From Nanobdellota archaeon (GTDB lineage: Archaea > Nanobdellota > Nanobdellia > Pacearchaeales > GW2011-AR1): 64,000 nt of DNA. Position 1 is the stretch's first letter. Every line of letters begins with the position of its first letter. The stretch is taken from assembly GCA_038045825.1 (NCBI GenBank), contig JBBSXJ010000004.1, forward strand, positions 11,465-75,464. The letters run 5' to 3'. The translations under genes and the position numbers were made by a program. Under the pieces are notes generated by a model. It ran no database searches. It was not told the origin of the DNA and saw nothing but the letters and a program-made list of their open reading frames with translations. Below are positions 25,826 through 34,600 of the stretch, one piece after another.

Positions 25826-26368
25826 ATGAAATATGAAGATTTGTATGAGATTCTGCGCCGTGAGAAAACTAACGAAGGTTTACAGAAGTTGCCTAACGAT
25901 TTCATGAGAGACTTTTCAGAGTTTATTCACAATAATAAGAAGGCGATAACTAACAGCGGAGACTTTTTTGCTGACGAGATAATAAGGGATAAGAAGCAAT
26001 ATGAGAATTCAATGGTTATATTCAAAGAGCTTATGCTTCGCAGAAAGAGGAAGCTTCTCAATCTTGTTTTTGTTGCAAATGAGACTATAATAATGAAGAA
26101 GGATTTTGAGAATATGCTTTCTTTTGAAAAGGATTTATTTGATATTTTAATAAGGTCTGTTGAACAGACTGATAAATTGATTTCTATGCTTCTACTTAAT
26201 GGGCATGTAGAGAAAGATATTATTAACTTATTAATTACTGAAGATGTTGAGTCTTTTGTAAGCATGAATGGAGATTTTGTCGGGCCATTTGTTAAGGGGC
26301 AAAATACTTCTCTTGATAAAAAGATAGCTGATATTTTAATAGGGAACTCTAAAGCAGTAAAAGTATAG
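25826..26368 (+). CDS. GINS complex subunit (Gins51/Sld5-like)
   Basis: YEDLYEILRREKTNEGLQKLPNDFMRDFSEFI is the typical archaeal GINS N-terminus. The start is placed at the Met about 30 nt after the TATA CTTTATAAAAT. Confidence 0.6.
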   Translation: MKYEDLYEILRREKTNEGLQKLPNDFMRDFSEFIHNNKKAITNSGDFFADEIIRDKKQYENSMVIFKELMLRRKRKLLNLVFVANETIIMKKDFENMLSFEKDLFDILIRSVEQTDKLISMLLLNGHVEKDIINLLITEDVESFVSMNGDFVGPFVKGQNTSLDKKIADILIGNSKAVKV

Positions 26369-26514
26369 CTTTTTATATTTCTTTGTGCTGTATTTAACTT
26401 AATTTCAAAAGACAAAAATCATAAATATTTGTTTACACGTACCCAAATCTAATTAATACTCTTTGAAATCTACAACCTTTAGAGTGGAGTAAAACTCACC
26501 AGAGTTTTGCGATA

Positions 26515-26808
26515 TTATTGCTCCAGGATAAATCTTTTGTTGAATTTACCCCTTAATTTTGCTTTCTTATTTTTTATTTCTAATATCTCTTTTTTGTTAA
26601 ATTTCTTGAACTTGCCTATTGCATCTATTACTTCTAATATATCTGCAAATTCTTCTTTTGATTCTGACTTAATGAATTCATTTGTTTCTTCTTTTAGTTT
26701 GTCTTTTAGAGATGACCAATATTCTTTATTATCTGCAATATAAAATTTGGGATTTTCTTCTTTGCTTTTTATTATTTGAGGTATATTATCTCTTACTAGC
26801 TTCTTCAT
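26515..26808 (-). CDS. MazG-superfamily house-cleaning NTP pyrophosphatase-like protein
   Basis: MKKLVRDNIPQII...LKEETNEFIKS...EEFADILEVIDAI is a pattern seen in PRA-PH/MazG-like proteins. Confidence 0.55.
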   Translation of the reverse strand: MKKLVRDNIPQIIKSKEENPKFYIADNKEYWSSLKDKLKEETNEFIKSESKEEFADILEVIDAIGKFKKFNKKEILEIKNKKAKLRGKFNKRFILEQ

Positions 26809-27158
26809 TTTGTTTTAAGTATCTTAGACACATCTAAACCTAACTGATGAAAATAAGCTCCTGTCTCACCCCATAGTATGAATAGCCATGTAGGGATTCC
26901 TTGGAAATTACTATTTGTATAATTCCAAGCTCCAAATTTTATTGCTATTATTTCTAGAGTTGCCCCAAATAATCCTGAAAAGATAAATATTATTAGTGTA
27001 GTTTTTGATTTCCAGAAAACTAATGCTATCGTGGACCATACAGCTAGTAATATTGAAGTTAGGCCTATATTGTGATAAAATAAACTTACAATAATTAGAG
27101 AGACTATTGGGAAAATAAGATGAAATATTATTCTTTGATATAATTTCATATGAATCAA
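26805..27158 (-). CDS. Small multi-TM membrane protein
   Basis: ORF track. Four hydrophobic helices; overlaps the downstream gene by 4 nt. Confidence 0.5.
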   Translation of the reverse strand: MIHMKLYQRIIFHLIFPIVSLIIVSLFYHNIGLTSILLAVWSTIALVFWKSKTTLIIFIFSGLFGATLEIIAIKFGAWNYTNSNFQGIPTWLFILWGETGAYFHQLGLDVSKILKTK

Positions 27159-27187
27159 ATATTTATTTTACTTTTAATCTTTTGCAA

Positions 27188-27274
27188 AGCCTCTGGAGGG
27201 AATTGAACCCCCAACCCTTAGTTCATTTGGGTCTTCCGTACAAAACTAATGCTCTACCATTGAGCTACAGAGGC
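27188..27274 (-). tRNA. tRNA-Thr (anticodon TGT) with a ~15-nt intron at the canonical 37/38 position
   Basis: Acceptor GCCTCTG/CAGAGGC and T arm GGGGG-TTCAATT-CCCTC. The anticodon stem TTAGT/ACTAA is interrupted after TTTGTA by CGGAAGACCCAAATG. The intron CAAA can pair with loop TTTG. Confidence 0.75.
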
Positions 27275-27313
27275 GTAAAACTTGAAGAAAATGGGTGGTT
27301 AAAAACTTTTGTT

Positions 27314-27919
27314 TTATTGAACATCTTCTTTTGATGAAGATTCTACTGTTTCTGCTGATTGGAATCTCTTTGCAGGACCAACTATCTCTATCCAGCGTAT
27401 TTCACAGAATGCTAAGGGGTAAACTTTTTTTACTTTAAGAGAAACAGCTTTCTGAAGCTTATTAATCATTACTTCTGAAAATAATTCTCTTGAACTCTTT
27501 ATTCTTGCATGACTTTCTATGAATTTTCTTGCAGTGTTTCTTATTTCTCTTCTAACTGCTCTTGAAACGTGATTTCTTGTAATCATAAATGGCTTTATCA
27601 AAAGTTCTGAATCTTTACATGATGTTTTGAATGAGTCTTCAACGTAATCTATTCCACGCCTCATTGTTCTTCTAATATAACTAGGAATTAGAACCATGCT
27701 AATTAATTCAGATTCAATTTTTCCTTCTTTACTTGATACTTTTGCTTTTAATTCTAAGTTCTTTCCCTTTAGAGTTTTTGTCATATCTAAAGTTACTATT
27801 TTGTTATCTATTTCTTCAGGACTTATTGCATACAACTTTACCTTTGTCGATGTAAGTGGAACTGGTACTTCAAAGAATTTCTTCTTTACTATTTTTTTTG
27901 CTTGTACTGCTTCTGCCAT
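27314..27919 (-). CDS. rps3ae: Ribosomal protein S3Ae (eS1)
   Basis: 201 aa. KKKFFEVPVPLTSTKVKLYA...LKGKNLELK...FCEIRWIE resembles the S3Ae pattern. It lies directly downstream of L44e. Confidence 0.8.
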   Translation of the reverse strand: MAEAVQAKKIVKKKFFEVPVPLTSTKVKLYAISPEEIDNKIVTLDMTKTLKGKNLELKAKVSSKEGKIESELISMVLIPSYIRRTMRRGIDYVEDSFKTSCKDSELLIKPFMITRNHVSRAVRREIRNTARKFIESHARIKSSRELFSEVMINKLQKAVSLKVKKVYPLAFCEIRWIEIVGPAKRFQSAETVESSSKEDVQ

Positions 27920-27920
27920 T

Positions 27921-28250
27921 TTATTTAGCTATTTTCTCCCCTATTTGAATACGTGATACTCTTAAGGCTTTCTTTGTGCCTTTAGATTTGTTACATACTG
28001 TGCATGTGTATAGAACTGGTAATCTTTTTGTTTGTTTTGTCTTTCTCTTCCATGATTTGATTGCTGGTTTTGAGTATCTTCCTTGGTTACCTGGTCCTAC
28101 TTTTAACCCTCTTGCTTGTATTCTTGCTGTTGAACCTCTCGATAATGGGTGAGCAGATGAACGTGATTTTTGCTTCGCTACGCTAACTTTTTGAGATGTT
28201 TGCTTCTTGCAATACGGACAAAATCTATTTGTTTTTTCTGGTAACTTCAT
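27921..28250 (-). CDS. rpl44e: Ribosomal protein L44e (eL42)
   Basis: CPYCKKQT...YTCTVCNK zinc ribbon plus the basic core GQGRYSKP...KRKTKQTKR. Confidence 0.85.
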   Translation of the reverse strand: MKLPEKTNRFCPYCKKQTSQKVSVAKQKSRSSAHPLSRGSTARIQARGLKVGPGNQGRYSKPAIKSWKRKTKQTKRLPVLYTCTVCNKSKGTKKALRVSRIQIGEKIAK

Positions 28251-28255
28251 GTTAA

Positions 28256-28342
28256 AGTGAGCAGATTATTTAGCTAACCTCTTATCGGCTCACTGGACTT
28301 GAGGGTTAATGCTTTTAATCTTCAGAAATAGTGCTTTTTAAA
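28256..28342 (-). promoter_or_regulatory. Unusually long L44e leader with a 7-bp hairpin, downstream of a TATA box
   Basis: On the minus strand the TATA CGTTTAAAAAG (28334..28342) lies about 85 nt before the ATG. The hairpin AGTGAGC-25 nt-GCTCACT (28256..28294) ends 6 nt before the ATG. Confidence 0.3.
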
Positions 28343-28366
28343 CGTTGCTAATTGAAAAAGAATTAA

Positions 28367-28633
28367 TTATATTGGTAAAATAGTTCTTAATGCGTCCGCA
28401 AAAGAGTTAGGTAAAAGAGTTTGTCCATTTGCATATCTTAATCCAAAGTAAGCTATTATTATGAGGATTAACACTATCATAATATTTCTTTTTCTTTTTT
28501 TCTTTGTTTTTTCAGCTCTTACTGCAAATGAATACCCGCATTTTACACAAAATGTATCTGTGAGGTGAAGTCTTGTACCACATACAGGGCAGAATTTATG
28601 ATCTTTTTCACCAGGCTTTTTCTTCCCAAACAT
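28367..28633 (-). CDS. Zinc-ribbon protein with C-terminal TM helix
   Basis: CPVCGTRL...FCVKCGY, then a KKKRKR stop-transfer and IMIVLILIIIAYFGL. Confidence 0.55.
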   Translation of the reverse strand: MFGKKKPGEKDHKFCPVCGTRLHLTDTFCVKCGYSFAVRAEKTKKKRKRNIMIVLILIIIAYFGLRYANGQTLLPNSFADALRTILPI

Positions 28634-28670
28634 ACATTTACTAATGTTTTTTTGTTTAAAAGGTTTTGTT

Positions 28671-29249
28671 TTATTCTTTTCTAAATTTTCCGACCATGAT
28701 GATATCTTTTAGAGGTTTTCTTTCACTTGGAGATTCCATTTTTTGAAGGTTTTCTGGTAAATCTTCTATTTTTCCTTTTTTTCCTACTGCAATCATTGCT
28801 TCTACTTCGTAATCATTTGGGATATCTAAGTCTTTTCTTGCTTTATCATAGTCAAAACCTTGCATACCATGAGCAACTAGATTTCTAGAACTTGCTTCGA
28901 GAGCTAAGTTTTGCCAAGCTGAACCTGCGGTAAAACTATGGGTTCTTGATGGTTTTTCGTTGTGCTCAAAGTTTTTTCTTGATATTACAACCATTAAAAC
29001 AGCTGCATTTTTAGCCCAAGATTTGTTGAAATCATCCATTAAATTGAATAAATTATCCCAGTCTTCAGTATTTCTTTTTGCATAAATAAATCTCCATGGT
29101 TGTGAGTTGTATGACGAAGGTGCCCATCTTGCTGCTTCAAAGAGAGACATCAGTTCGCTATCTGATATTTCTTCTCCACTCATTGATCTAGGAGACCATC
29201 TGTTTAGAATTAAGGGATTTATTTTGTGTTCTGATTTTCTTTGAGTCAT
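28671..29249 (-). CDS. Nitroreductase-family oxidoreductase
   Basis: INPLILNRWSPRSM, ARWAPSSYNSQPWRF and SAWQNLALEAS motifs. The start is moved to MTQRK (29249) because the 54-aa track extension looks non-coding. Confidence 0.8.
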   Translation of the reverse strand: MTQRKSEHKINPLILNRWSPRSMSGEEISDSELMSLFEAARWAPSSYNSQPWRFIYAKRNTEDWDNLFNLMDDFNKSWAKNAAVLMVVISRKNFEHNEKPSRTHSFTAGSAWQNLALEASSRNLVAHGMQGFDYDKARKDLDIPNDYEVEAMIAVGKKGKIEDLPENLQKMESPSERKPLKDIIMVGKFRKE

Positions 29250-29489
29250 TGTTTCTTCATATGTTTTTTGTTTAAAATGCTTTGTATTCTTTTCTGAAAG
29301 GGATAAGTGTATTGGAACTAATAAATCAGATAAAATAAAAGAATACTTTAATAAAATTGGCAGTTCTAATTTAAGACATATTGTTAGATATATTGAACGT
29401 TTTAATAACAATAATACTCTTTATCGAAACGATGTTGTAGATTATTATCAAAAACCTTTTTATAGGGATATTCTCTTCCCATTTAAAAC

Positions 29490-29560
29490 GGCCTCGTAAG
29501 CTAATGGTAGACTGTATCTTTGACGTGGATGATGCCCAAGTTCGATTCTTGGCGAGGCCA
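29490..29560 (+). tRNA. tRNA-Val (anticodon GAC)
   Basis: Acceptor GGCCTCG/CGAGGCC, T arm CCAAG-TTCGATT-CTTGG, anticodon arm TATCT-TTGACGT-GGATG (two G-U pairs). The D stem has one mismatch. Confidence 0.65.
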
Positions 29561-29582
29561 TTTGCTCAGGCAATTTAATTTT

Positions 29583-29597
29583 ACTTACTAAGTAAGT
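29583..29597. promoter_or_regulatory. Perfect 7-1-7 palindrome ACTTACT-A-AGTAAGT upstream of the RHH/giant-protein operon
   Basis: Read directly from the sequence. It is followed by the weaker inverted repeat TTAGT-9 nt-ACTAA (29597..29615) and the TATA-like ATATTTATATATA. The same hexamer recurs at 43145..43201. Confidence 0.5.
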
Positions 29598-29658
29598 TAG
29601 TCATTAAGTTACTAATATTTATATATATCATTTATTTGATTTATTTAGGTGATTTAGT

Positions 29659-29790
29659 TTGAAAAAGTATCTTTTATTAATTGAGGATGAGAAATTGTGG
29701 GAGAAGTTTAAGGAAAGTATAGATAAGGATATTAATAGTGCTTTGATGGAACTTGTTAAAGATAAAGTCAATAGGGGAGATAAAAAATGA
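29659..29790 (+). CDS. 43-aa ribbon-helix-helix-like small protein (putative regulator)
   Basis: Hand translation: (TTG)KKYLLLIEDEKLWEKFKESIDKDINSALMELVKDKVNRGDKK. AGGTGA lies 7 nt upstream. The stop overlaps the next start in ATGA. It is a paralog of 43207..43344. Confidence 0.55.
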   Translation: MKKYLLLIEDEKLWEKFKESIDKDINSALMELVKDKVNRGDKK

Positions 29791-31640
29791 CAAATAGAAT
29801 AGGACAAGTTACAGGATTTGTGATTGTTGCCTTGATTGTTGTTGCAGTTATTGGTTTATTTATTGCATTCAGAGGAAGTTTATTTGAGGATAATATCCCT
29901 GCTTCTCTTCAACCTGTTTATTCTCGTTATACTGAATGTGTTTCACAGGAAGTTTCTAATGGTGTTAAATTAATGCAATCTCAAGGCGGAAGAATTGACA
30001 TAGGAGAATTATCTTATGCTAGTGATTTCAATCCTTTTTCAAGCCACTTGAACTTTTTAGGATTCAAGATTCCTTATTGGCATGGTCTTTCTGGAAATAA
30101 TTTGGTTATAGAGAATGTACCTAGCATGAATGATATGGAAAATGAACTTGAAAATTTTATTGGTGATAGGGTTAATGATTGTGATTTTTCTGACTTTTAC
30201 TCTCAAGGCTTCTTGATAGATAAATCTGAAGCTTCAGCTTCTGTCGATATTCAAGATAGTTTTGTTTCTGTTGCTCTTGATTCTCCTTTGACTGTTTCAT
30301 TTGGAGAAACTACTGCGAGAAAATCCACTCATGAAATATCTATTGATACCAAACTTGGTACTTTGTATGCTAATGCTCTTTCTATATATAATAGTGAAAG
30401 AGAGAATTTGTTCTTTGGGAATTATGCTTTGGATGTTTTGCAATCATACGCTCCTGTTGATGGTGTTGAGATACAATGCTCTCCTAAAATATGGAAGACA
30501 GACGATATAGTTTCTGAGATTCAGAATGGATTGAGTACAAACATGGGAACAATATCATTCTCAGGAGATTCTTCAAGAGACGCTTATTTCAGTCAGAATT
30601 TAGGAATAGATGAACCTGTTAATATATTATATATGCCTCAGAATTTTCCCAGCAAAATAGAAGTTACTCCAGCTTCTCAGACTTTAATGGTTGCTGAACC
30701 TGTCGGAACGCAGGAAGGAATGGGAATAATGGGATTCTGTTATGTTCCTTATCACTTTATTTATGATTTGAGATTCCCTGTTCTTGTACAAATAGGAGAC
30801 GGAATAGACAATTTCCAGTTCCCTATGGTTGTAGATATTAATAACAATCTAGTTTCAGATTCTAATACTGGGGCGTTTGTTGAAGAGACTCAGGAAGTTG
30901 ATATTTGTTCATTTGCAGAAAATGATGTTACAGTTAATACTTATGACTCTTACTTGAATCCTGTTGCTGCAAATATTTCATATAAATGTTTTGACAATAC
31001 TTGTGGTCTTGGAGAAACTTCTTTTGCTCCTAGTGGTGCTGTATTTGAAGGAAGAATACCTGCATGTGTTAATGGAGAATTAATTGCTACAAGTGATGGA
31101 TATGTTGATTCGAAGATTACTTTCTCTTCAAACTCTGAAAGCTTTGCTGAAATAATATTAGAGAAGAAATATTCTGTTGATGTTGAGATTAAACTTGGAG
31201 GACAGACAATAAGAAATGCTACTGCTGTTGTTCATTTTGTGTCTGAAGACTTTTCAAGTAGTGCTGTTATTCCAGATTCATCAACTGTTGAATTAAAGGA
31301 AGGTCTTTACAAAATAGAAGCATTTGTTTATGGAAGCTCAAATGTGGTTATTCCATCAACAAGAAAGACAGAATGCTTTACAGTTAGCAGAGGGGGAATT
31401 GCAGGAATATTTGGAAGTACAAAAGAAGAATGTATTAATGTTGAAATCCCTGAAACTAGAATAGATTATGCGCTTAGGGGAGGCGGGAAAATTGAAGATT
31501 ATTACTTGCTTGCTGAGGAAATTGCAACTGGAAAGATTGTTATCGATGTAAGTGAACTTGCAACACCTAACTCTCTTGAGCAATTACAGTATAATTATGA
31601 AGTATTTGATACTCTTGGATTGGAGGTTGATTTTGAATGA
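29787..31640 (+). CDS. 617-aa N-terminally anchored extracellular protein, unknown family
   Basis: MTNRIG/QVTGFVIVALIVVAVIGLFIAF is an anchor or possible prepilin-like leader. It is ATGA-coupled to both flanking genes. No domain recognised. Confidence 0.7.
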   Translation: MTNRIGQVTGFVIVALIVVAVIGLFIAFRGSLFEDNIPASLQPVYSRYTECVSQEVSNGVKLMQSQGGRIDIGELSYASDFNPFSSHLNFLGFKIPYWHGLSGNNLVIENVPSMNDMENELENFIGDRVNDCDFSDFYSQGFLIDKSEASASVDIQDSFVSVALDSPLTVSFGETTARKSTHEISIDTKLGTLYANALSIYNSERENLFFGNYALDVLQSYAPVDGVEIQCSPKIWKTDDIVSEIQNGLSTNMGTISFSGDSSRDAYFSQNLGIDEPVNILYMPQNFPSKIEVTPASQTLMVAEPVGTQEGMGIMGFCYVPYHFIYDLRFPVLVQIGDGIDNFQFPMVVDINNNLVSDSNTGAFVEETQEVDICSFAENDVTVNTYDSYLNPVAANISYKCFDNTCGLGETSFAPSGAVFEGRIPACVNGELIATSDGYVDSKITFSSNSESFAEIILEKKYSVDVEIKLGGQTIRNATAVVHFVSEDFSSSAVIPDSSTVELKEGLYKIEAFVYGSSNVVIPSTRKTECFTVSRGGIAGIFGSTKEECINVEIPETRIDYALRGGGKIEDYYLLAEEIATGKIVIDVSELATPNSLEQLQYNYEVFDTLGLEVDFE

Positions 31641-34600
31641 GAAAATTATTTTTAATTTTTAGTATTGCATTGTTTTTACTTTCATTTGTTGGGGCGCAAG
31701 TAGTAGGTTCTGATGGAAACAATAATTTCTTTGGGAGTAGAACTGGAACTGCCAGCTTTGTAAATTATGGAAGCAGTTTTAGTAGCTATTATGGCTCTAA
31801 TGCTAATACTTATTGGCCTATTCTTTCTAACAGAGACTCTTCTTGTATGGGCAGTCAGGATATATTGATACAGGTTTCTCCTATAGGTTGTCAGCCTGCT
31901 GTCGTAAGGAGTGATTTATTGGCTGAACAGAATGTTCCAGTATTTTGTCAACTTGATTTATTACAGGTTAATCCTGCTATAAATATAAAACAGATTAGGA
32001 ATATAAGATTTGGAGGCAGATATCCTGAATATGTGGCTGGTGTTGGTTTCCATCCTGCGAATGCTGCTTTACGTACTACTAATTCTCTTTTAGGCACTCC
32101 TTTAGAGAGCAACATAGGATATGTTGTAGTTGTGTTGAAGAGAAATCCTAATGAAGATGAAATTCCAGAATTCTTCAACTTTACATTAAGTGCAAGTATT
32201 GATTATTATTCGGGAAATGCTGTTGGAATTGGAGCTACAGAAATGCTTCTTAAAGAAACTAATAATGAAGAGTGGGAGGTTGCAAAGAATAGACAGACAT
32301 TATTTGGAGGGAAGATGTCTGTGCGTGTTAAAGATACAGATTCAAACAATTCTATTGTCTTGCAGTTATATTCTGGAGATATAGAGTATTCACAAGTTAC
32401 ATTGCAAAAGAATTCTCCTCAGTCAAATGCAGTATATTTACCTGGAAGCTATTGTCAGACAGCATTGCAATTTACATACAATGATTTTGTTTCACCCTCT
32501 GCTATTGCAAGAGTTCAGGTTGATGAGGATGTTCTTGATTTGTATGAGGGTTCAAGATTTTTAAATAATAAATGTCTTGTTAGAAGAATTACAGATAATT
32601 CTGTTGATATAAATTGTGGAAGAGAAATAATTAATCTTACAACTGTTGCAAGATCTTTTGATGTTGGAGAAAGAGTTTATCTCGTAAATGCTAAATTCGA
32701 GGTTGTTAGGGATAAAGAATATACTATTTCTAAGATAAATAACGAGCCTTCTGGTACAACTTACACTCTTGAGGGTGTAGAGAAACCTGTTTCATCTACT
32801 TATTTAAGACCTGTTTCACAAGAAGTTTTATACGAGGCAACATATGGAGAATATGAAGATTACATTGTTAATGCTACAAGTTATTATGAAACAATTGCTA
32901 ATGAGTATGGTAATTTAAGAAAGCAACAGGAACTTGGGGAAGAGTATGGGGAAGTTGCATTAAGTGCTGCTATAGATCTTGCTATAGATTATAGTAAGAA
33001 AGTTACTGCTGATAGATTGATAAATAAATATATTGAATCATACCCTAACGGAAAGAACAAAGATAGATACTTAAGGGCTTTGAATGATCTTTATATAAAA
33101 GATAATTCTTTAGGAACAAAGAGTGTCCAGAGTGATGATGGTTATCATTTGTTTAAACTTATTGATATAACTCCTATTGCGAAGAAATCAAATGCTAAGA
33201 TATCTTGGGGATCAGGTCCTGAAAAATTAGTTAATTATGGAGAGACAGTTGGTTTTGATGTTGGAAGAATTACATTAGTAAAAGTAAGGGATAGACAGAC
33301 CGTTGATATATCTGCTGTTTGTAATAATAGAAATCTTCAGGATTTCAATAATAGTGTTAGATTGGGTTCTCCTACTGTGGTTACAGCATGTGGAGTTTCA
33401 TTAAGAGTTAATTCAATAGAATTTGAAGATTATGTTAAGCTTAGAGTTTCTCCGGTTACAAGAAGTGGGACTACTGGAAACTTTACTGTAGGGATAGGAA
33501 TAGAAAAAAGAGTTATTGAATTGACCCCCGATAAGGCTAGAAAGAAGATTGAGAATTTGAATAAGAGTATACAGAAGTGGGAGGCTATATCTGAGAAACT
33601 TGGAGAGGTTGTTACTGGATTAAAGACTGCTTGTTTTGCTACTGCAGGAGTATTGACTGTTAAGAACTTCTTTACTGGACTAAGTGGAGAGGCACTTGCT
33701 AGAAGAAGTGTCATGTCCGGAGATGATGGGTGGACTAGATTTTGTCAGAGTGAAGTTAATGCTGGAAGGCAAAGTTCATTGACTGCTTGTTATAATGCAA
33801 ATTCTGCAGATATAAGGAAAGATGTAAATGCAAGAGTTGACGCTATAGAAGAAACAAACGCTGTTACAAAACAGGTAGAAGATGGTGCTAAATATGTCAA
33901 TAGGGAAGGAGTATTTTCTGGAACTAACTTTGACGATAATAAGGCTAAGGAAGCTTTGATTGTTAAAATAAAACAAGAATGTTCTTCTCAACAATTAGGG
34001 CCTAAGAGTGCTGGAGCAAGTACACCTTACAATACTGTTCCAGATTTATTCCCTGCTGGATATAATGTTGATTCATACTCTTACACTCAGCTTAGAGATA
34101 TTTACTTCAATTGCAAGACTATTAATGGAGATGGAAGCTCAAGAGGAGATTTAGCAGCTAGATCTCAGCTTGACTCAATAGGTTATTCTATTAGTGAGAG
34201 ACTAAAGTATGATTCAGATATAAAGAGTTTACAGACTGCATCTAGTGGAACAGGTTTAGCAAATGCTCCTACTTACGTTGCTGGAAATGATAAAGCCATT
34301 ATTGGAGAATATTATGGTGGTAAAGTAAATGCTTTAGACTTTGGTCTTCCTTCGAGTGAAGTAGGTAAACCTGCTCAAGTTGTTTATTATAATTCTCAGC
34401 CATATTTATTTGTATTAAAAGAAGAGGCTGGAGGTAAACTAGTAACTGATAAAGTTTATTCTTTGAGTAAGGAAGGACAGGGTTATGTTGTTCCTTCTAG
34501 TTTTGCTGAAGCTACAACTGTAAAAGAGAAATTCTCGAGATTTGAAACTAGAGATTCTAAATCATACAATAATAAGTTTGCTCCGGGAGAGAGTACTGTT

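Noticed and set aside
29250-29411. 54-aa N-terminal extension of the nitroreductase ORF.
   Set aside because: The extension (MLLKRSIYLTICLKLELPILLKYSF...) has no counterpart in nitroreductases. The conserved domain begins right after the internal Met at 29249.
34142-34150. RGD tripeptide (SSRGDLA) in the giant protein as an integrin-type adhesion motif.
   Set aside because: A tripeptide is expected by chance in 1879 aa, and there is no integrin context in archaeal or prokaryotic hosts.
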